Of a DNA stretch of 64,000 nt, positions 61,909 to 64,000 are shown one piece after another. Both the position numbers and the translations under genes were made by a program. The notes under the pieces were generated by a model that made no database searches, had not been told where the DNA came from, and saw nothing but the letters and a program-made list of their open reading frames with translations. How positions within the stretch are numbered: the first letter of the stretch is position 1; every line of letters starts with the position of its first letter. The stretch comes from Minisyncoccia bacterium (GTDB lineage: Bacteria; Patescibacteriota; Minisyncoccia; Phycocordibacterales; UBA9973). The stretch is taken from NCBI GenBank assembly GCA_038249055.1, contig JBBRWS010000005.1, positions 1,822-65,821 on the forward strand, read 5' to 3'.

Positions 61909-62202
61909 ATGTATGTGTGCCTTGAGGGCTATCAAACACCTCGTGAAATCGTGGAGCATGACGGAAAACTGTATTTTGAAGTGGCGGAACAAGGTCACTG
62001 CAGTATCTGTCAGTCACGAATCAGTCACATATATGGTGTTGTTGCTCGTAAGAAATTACAAGTAACATACGGCCATTTAATGGACCGATTCCCGCGTGAT
62101 GCGAGGACCTTATGGGTCGGGTTAGAAAAATCTAAGGTCGAGATGAGTAATGAAGAGATTAAAAACCTTTTCCGTGAAACTCTCGAGCTTCCGATATTCT
62201 AA
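61909..62202 (+). CDS. Hypothetical protein encoded in a GC-rich islet
   Basis: 97 aa; local GC visibly higher (about 43-45%) than the about 30% background. Confidence 0.4.
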   Translation: MYVCLEGYQTPREIVEHDGKLYFEVAEQGHCSICQSRISHIYGVVARKKLQVTYGHLMDRFPRDARTLWVGLEKSKVEMSNEEIKNLFRETLELPIF

Positions 62203-62518
62203 TCTATGCTGATAGCCTGGAAAAATCCAAACAAGGAAAACCGAAGTAAAGTAAGTAATCCGCTGGTTCTAGATTCTCATCTGGATTTGTCTTATAGACA
62301 TGAGAATAGTGTTTTGTCCCCATTTGTCACAGTAACAAAAGGAGAGCCTAGAGAAAGCAGAGTCTCAAAAGTCACGAGGAGAGATTAACTCTCTCCTCAC
62401 TATAACAAGATGAATGTCTTGTCTGATGAGTCCAAAAGGACGAAATAGTAAATAGTTCATTCATAATATAAATATATTTAATTTAAAACTGGGGACAGGG
62501 AACTGAACAAAATTTGAG

Positions 62519-63046
62519 ATGGAAAGTAACATTATTGGTCAAATCCAGAATAATGAAGGAATTAACGACACGCAAATTCTTAAATTGGTTAAAAACAAGA
62601 AATCACTTCTAGTTCATGCTGTTAATGGTTCTTTGTTTTTTACTTTATATCACGAAGAGATGGATATGAGAATTATCGGCTCTTGTATAAATGAAATTAA
62701 TATCAATGTACGAAGTTTACCAACCAAGCAAGCCCTTGTTGATATATACGACATAAAAAAAGACTACCCACAAGAAGATACTTTTAAATCCCTTGGAGTT
62801 AGTCTTGATGATTTGTGTTTAAATCAACATCAGATTATTGATTTTATTTATTCAAACCAAAAAAGAATTTGTAGCGAAAGACAAACTTACATCCCTTTTA
62901 AAATAGAAGATAATTTCTTTTTTGTTTCGGTCAAGAAATATAAAATGAAGGGAGTTTTTGCTCCTGTGCTCTGGTTTGGTGTTCTTAATAATGAATCGCG
63001 ATTCTTTAAAATGGATAATCCTCGTATTCTTGTTAAACACATATAG
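62519..63046 (+). CDS. Hypothetical protein
   Basis: 175 aa; no motif. Confidence 0.35.
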   Translation: MESNIIGQIQNNEGINDTQILKLVKNKKSLLVHAVNGSLFFTLYHEEMDMRIIGSCINEININVRSLPTKQALVDIYDIKKDYPQEDTFKSLGVSLDDLCLNQHQIIDFIYSNQKRICSERQTYIPFKIEDNFFFVSVKKYKMKGVFAPVLWFGVLNNESRFFKMDNPRILVKHI

Positions 63047-63101
63047 TTTATATATTTAATTGTGTTCAATAAGATTAGAACCCTGTCTGTAAAGATGGGG
63101 T

Positions 63102-63866
63102 TTGTTTTATTTAGTTTATAAATATTATTGGGAGTTGTTAACCAATTGTGAGATAATATATAGTATGAATTTTAATCCAAATAAATGGAACACAGTAGAT
63201 GATAATAAAAAAAATCAATTGAATAATAAACTTATTGATCATGAGTATAAAAGAAAAGATAATATTGAGTTTAAACTTGGAGATACAGATATAAAATTAA
63301 AATATTCTTCTCCTGATTTTAGTTATTTATTTAAGATGCTTTTTAAAAAACCAGCTAGTTTTGAACCATCTATTGGAAATTTAAACATATTAATAAATTT
63401 AAGAAAAATAGATGAATTAATTATTGAGAATTCTTCCGATACATATTCAACAAAAGATATTTTAACAAAAGATTGGCAAATATTTTTTTGGACAATTAAA
63501 AATATAAACTTTAGAAGTTCTATAAGTTTAGAGGAAAAAATAATTTTTTTAGAAGAAGATCCCTTAACCTCAAAAGGAATATTACAGCTGGCTCATGAAA
63601 TTGGCCATTTTGAGCAAGATCAAATTTTATCAAAAGAAGAAAAGAAAATAAGAGAAAATATTAGAGTTGGACTCAACTTAGGAATAGTTGATAATGAAAG
63701 TAAGGGTATTATTATCCAAGAAGAAAGAACCGCTTGGGCATATGCTTTAAATCATTTTAGGCATTTTAATAAAGATTTAAATATTTCCAACAATGATATT
63801 GAAGAAACTGTTCACAGAGAATGTCTTAAAAGTTATGAGGAAAATATTGAGAATTTAAACAATTAA
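63102..63866 (+). CDS. Putative zinc metallopeptidase (HExxH; ImmA/IrrE-like candidate)
   Basis: 254 aa; LQLAHEIGHFEQD HExxH motif, with a Glu about 20 residues downstream. Confidence 0.4.
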   Translation: MFYLVYKYYWELLTNCEIIYSMNFNPNKWNTVDDNKKNQLNNKLIDHEYKRKDNIEFKLGDTDIKLKYSSPDFSYLFKMLFKKPASFEPSIGNLNILINLRKIDELIIENSSDTYSTKDILTKDWQIFFWTIKNINFRSSISLEEKIIFLEEDPLTSKGILQLAHEIGHFEQDQILSKEEKKIRENIRVGLNLGIVDNESKGIIIQEERTAWAYALNHFRHFNKDLNISNNDIEETVHRECLKSYEENIENLNN

Positions 63867-63877
63867 TATAAAAAATA

Positions 63878-63918
63878 AAATCCCCCACATATTAAATATG
63901 TGGGGGATTTTATTTTTT
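63878..63918 (+). terminator. Intrinsic terminator (TCCCCCACATATT-AAA-TATGTGGGGGA + T-run)
   Basis: 12-bp stem followed by TTTTATTTTTTT. Confidence 0.75.
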
Positions 63919-64000
63919 TCTATCTTGCGTATTCTATAATTCTATTTTCTCTTATCATTGTAACTCTGATTTCACCTGGGTAGGTGAGCTCTTGTTCTAT

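Noticed and set aside
1-64000. Possibility of an alternative genetic code (UGA recoding as in some CPR lineages)
   Set aside because: Long conserved genes (dnaA, pnp, virB4, PBP1A) are full length in the standard-code ORF track with no in-frame TGA, so code 11 fits. The one in-frame TAA (49140) is better explained as gene decay.

Overview
This is an AT-rich (roughly 30% GC), gene-dense bacterial chromosomal window whose gene content and style resemble Candidate Phyla Radiation (CPR/Patescibacteria) genomes; that lineage call is an inference. It uses the standard genetic code: no in-frame TGA appears in long conserved genes. The replication-origin core is present: dnaA-dnaN on the minus strand and rpmH-rnpA-yidD-yidC-jag on the plus strand, with AT-rich DnaA-box-bearing oriC segments on either side of dnaA. 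Housekeeping genes include a pilB-like ATPase, ruvB, ruvC, tyrS, a class A PBP, ksgA, a UvrD/PcrA helicase, a LysM-M23 peptidase, comM, rpsO, pnp, xth, cca, xerD-like, zur-zupT and hup. There are four tRNAs: Gly-GCC, Arg-UCG, Gly-UCC and Pro-UGG. The main accessory feature is a ~20 kb minus-strand cluster (14.9-34.8 kb) of secreted and membrane proteins. It has a Gram-positive-type type IV secretion (T4SS)-like core (VirB4 ATPase in two ORFs, a VirB1-like lytic transglycosylase, VirB3-like and VirB6-like membrane proteins), giant repeat-rich surface proteins, and no coupling protein or relaxase. Three further features are unusual. (i) A recurring inverted-repeat 5'-leader element (core TCCCGTTAGAAGC ... 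GCTTCTAACGGGA) has its 3' arm abutting the start codon of at least four unrelated genes, and in one case it brackets a GIY-YIG ORF between the two halves of virB4. (ii) The tRNA cluster is surrounded by tRNA 3'-end-derived fragments and structured modules. (iii) Two adjacent decayed genes (HAD frameshift, PRT in-frame stop), duplicated small-peptide cassettes, and a GC-rich islet lie near the 3' end.
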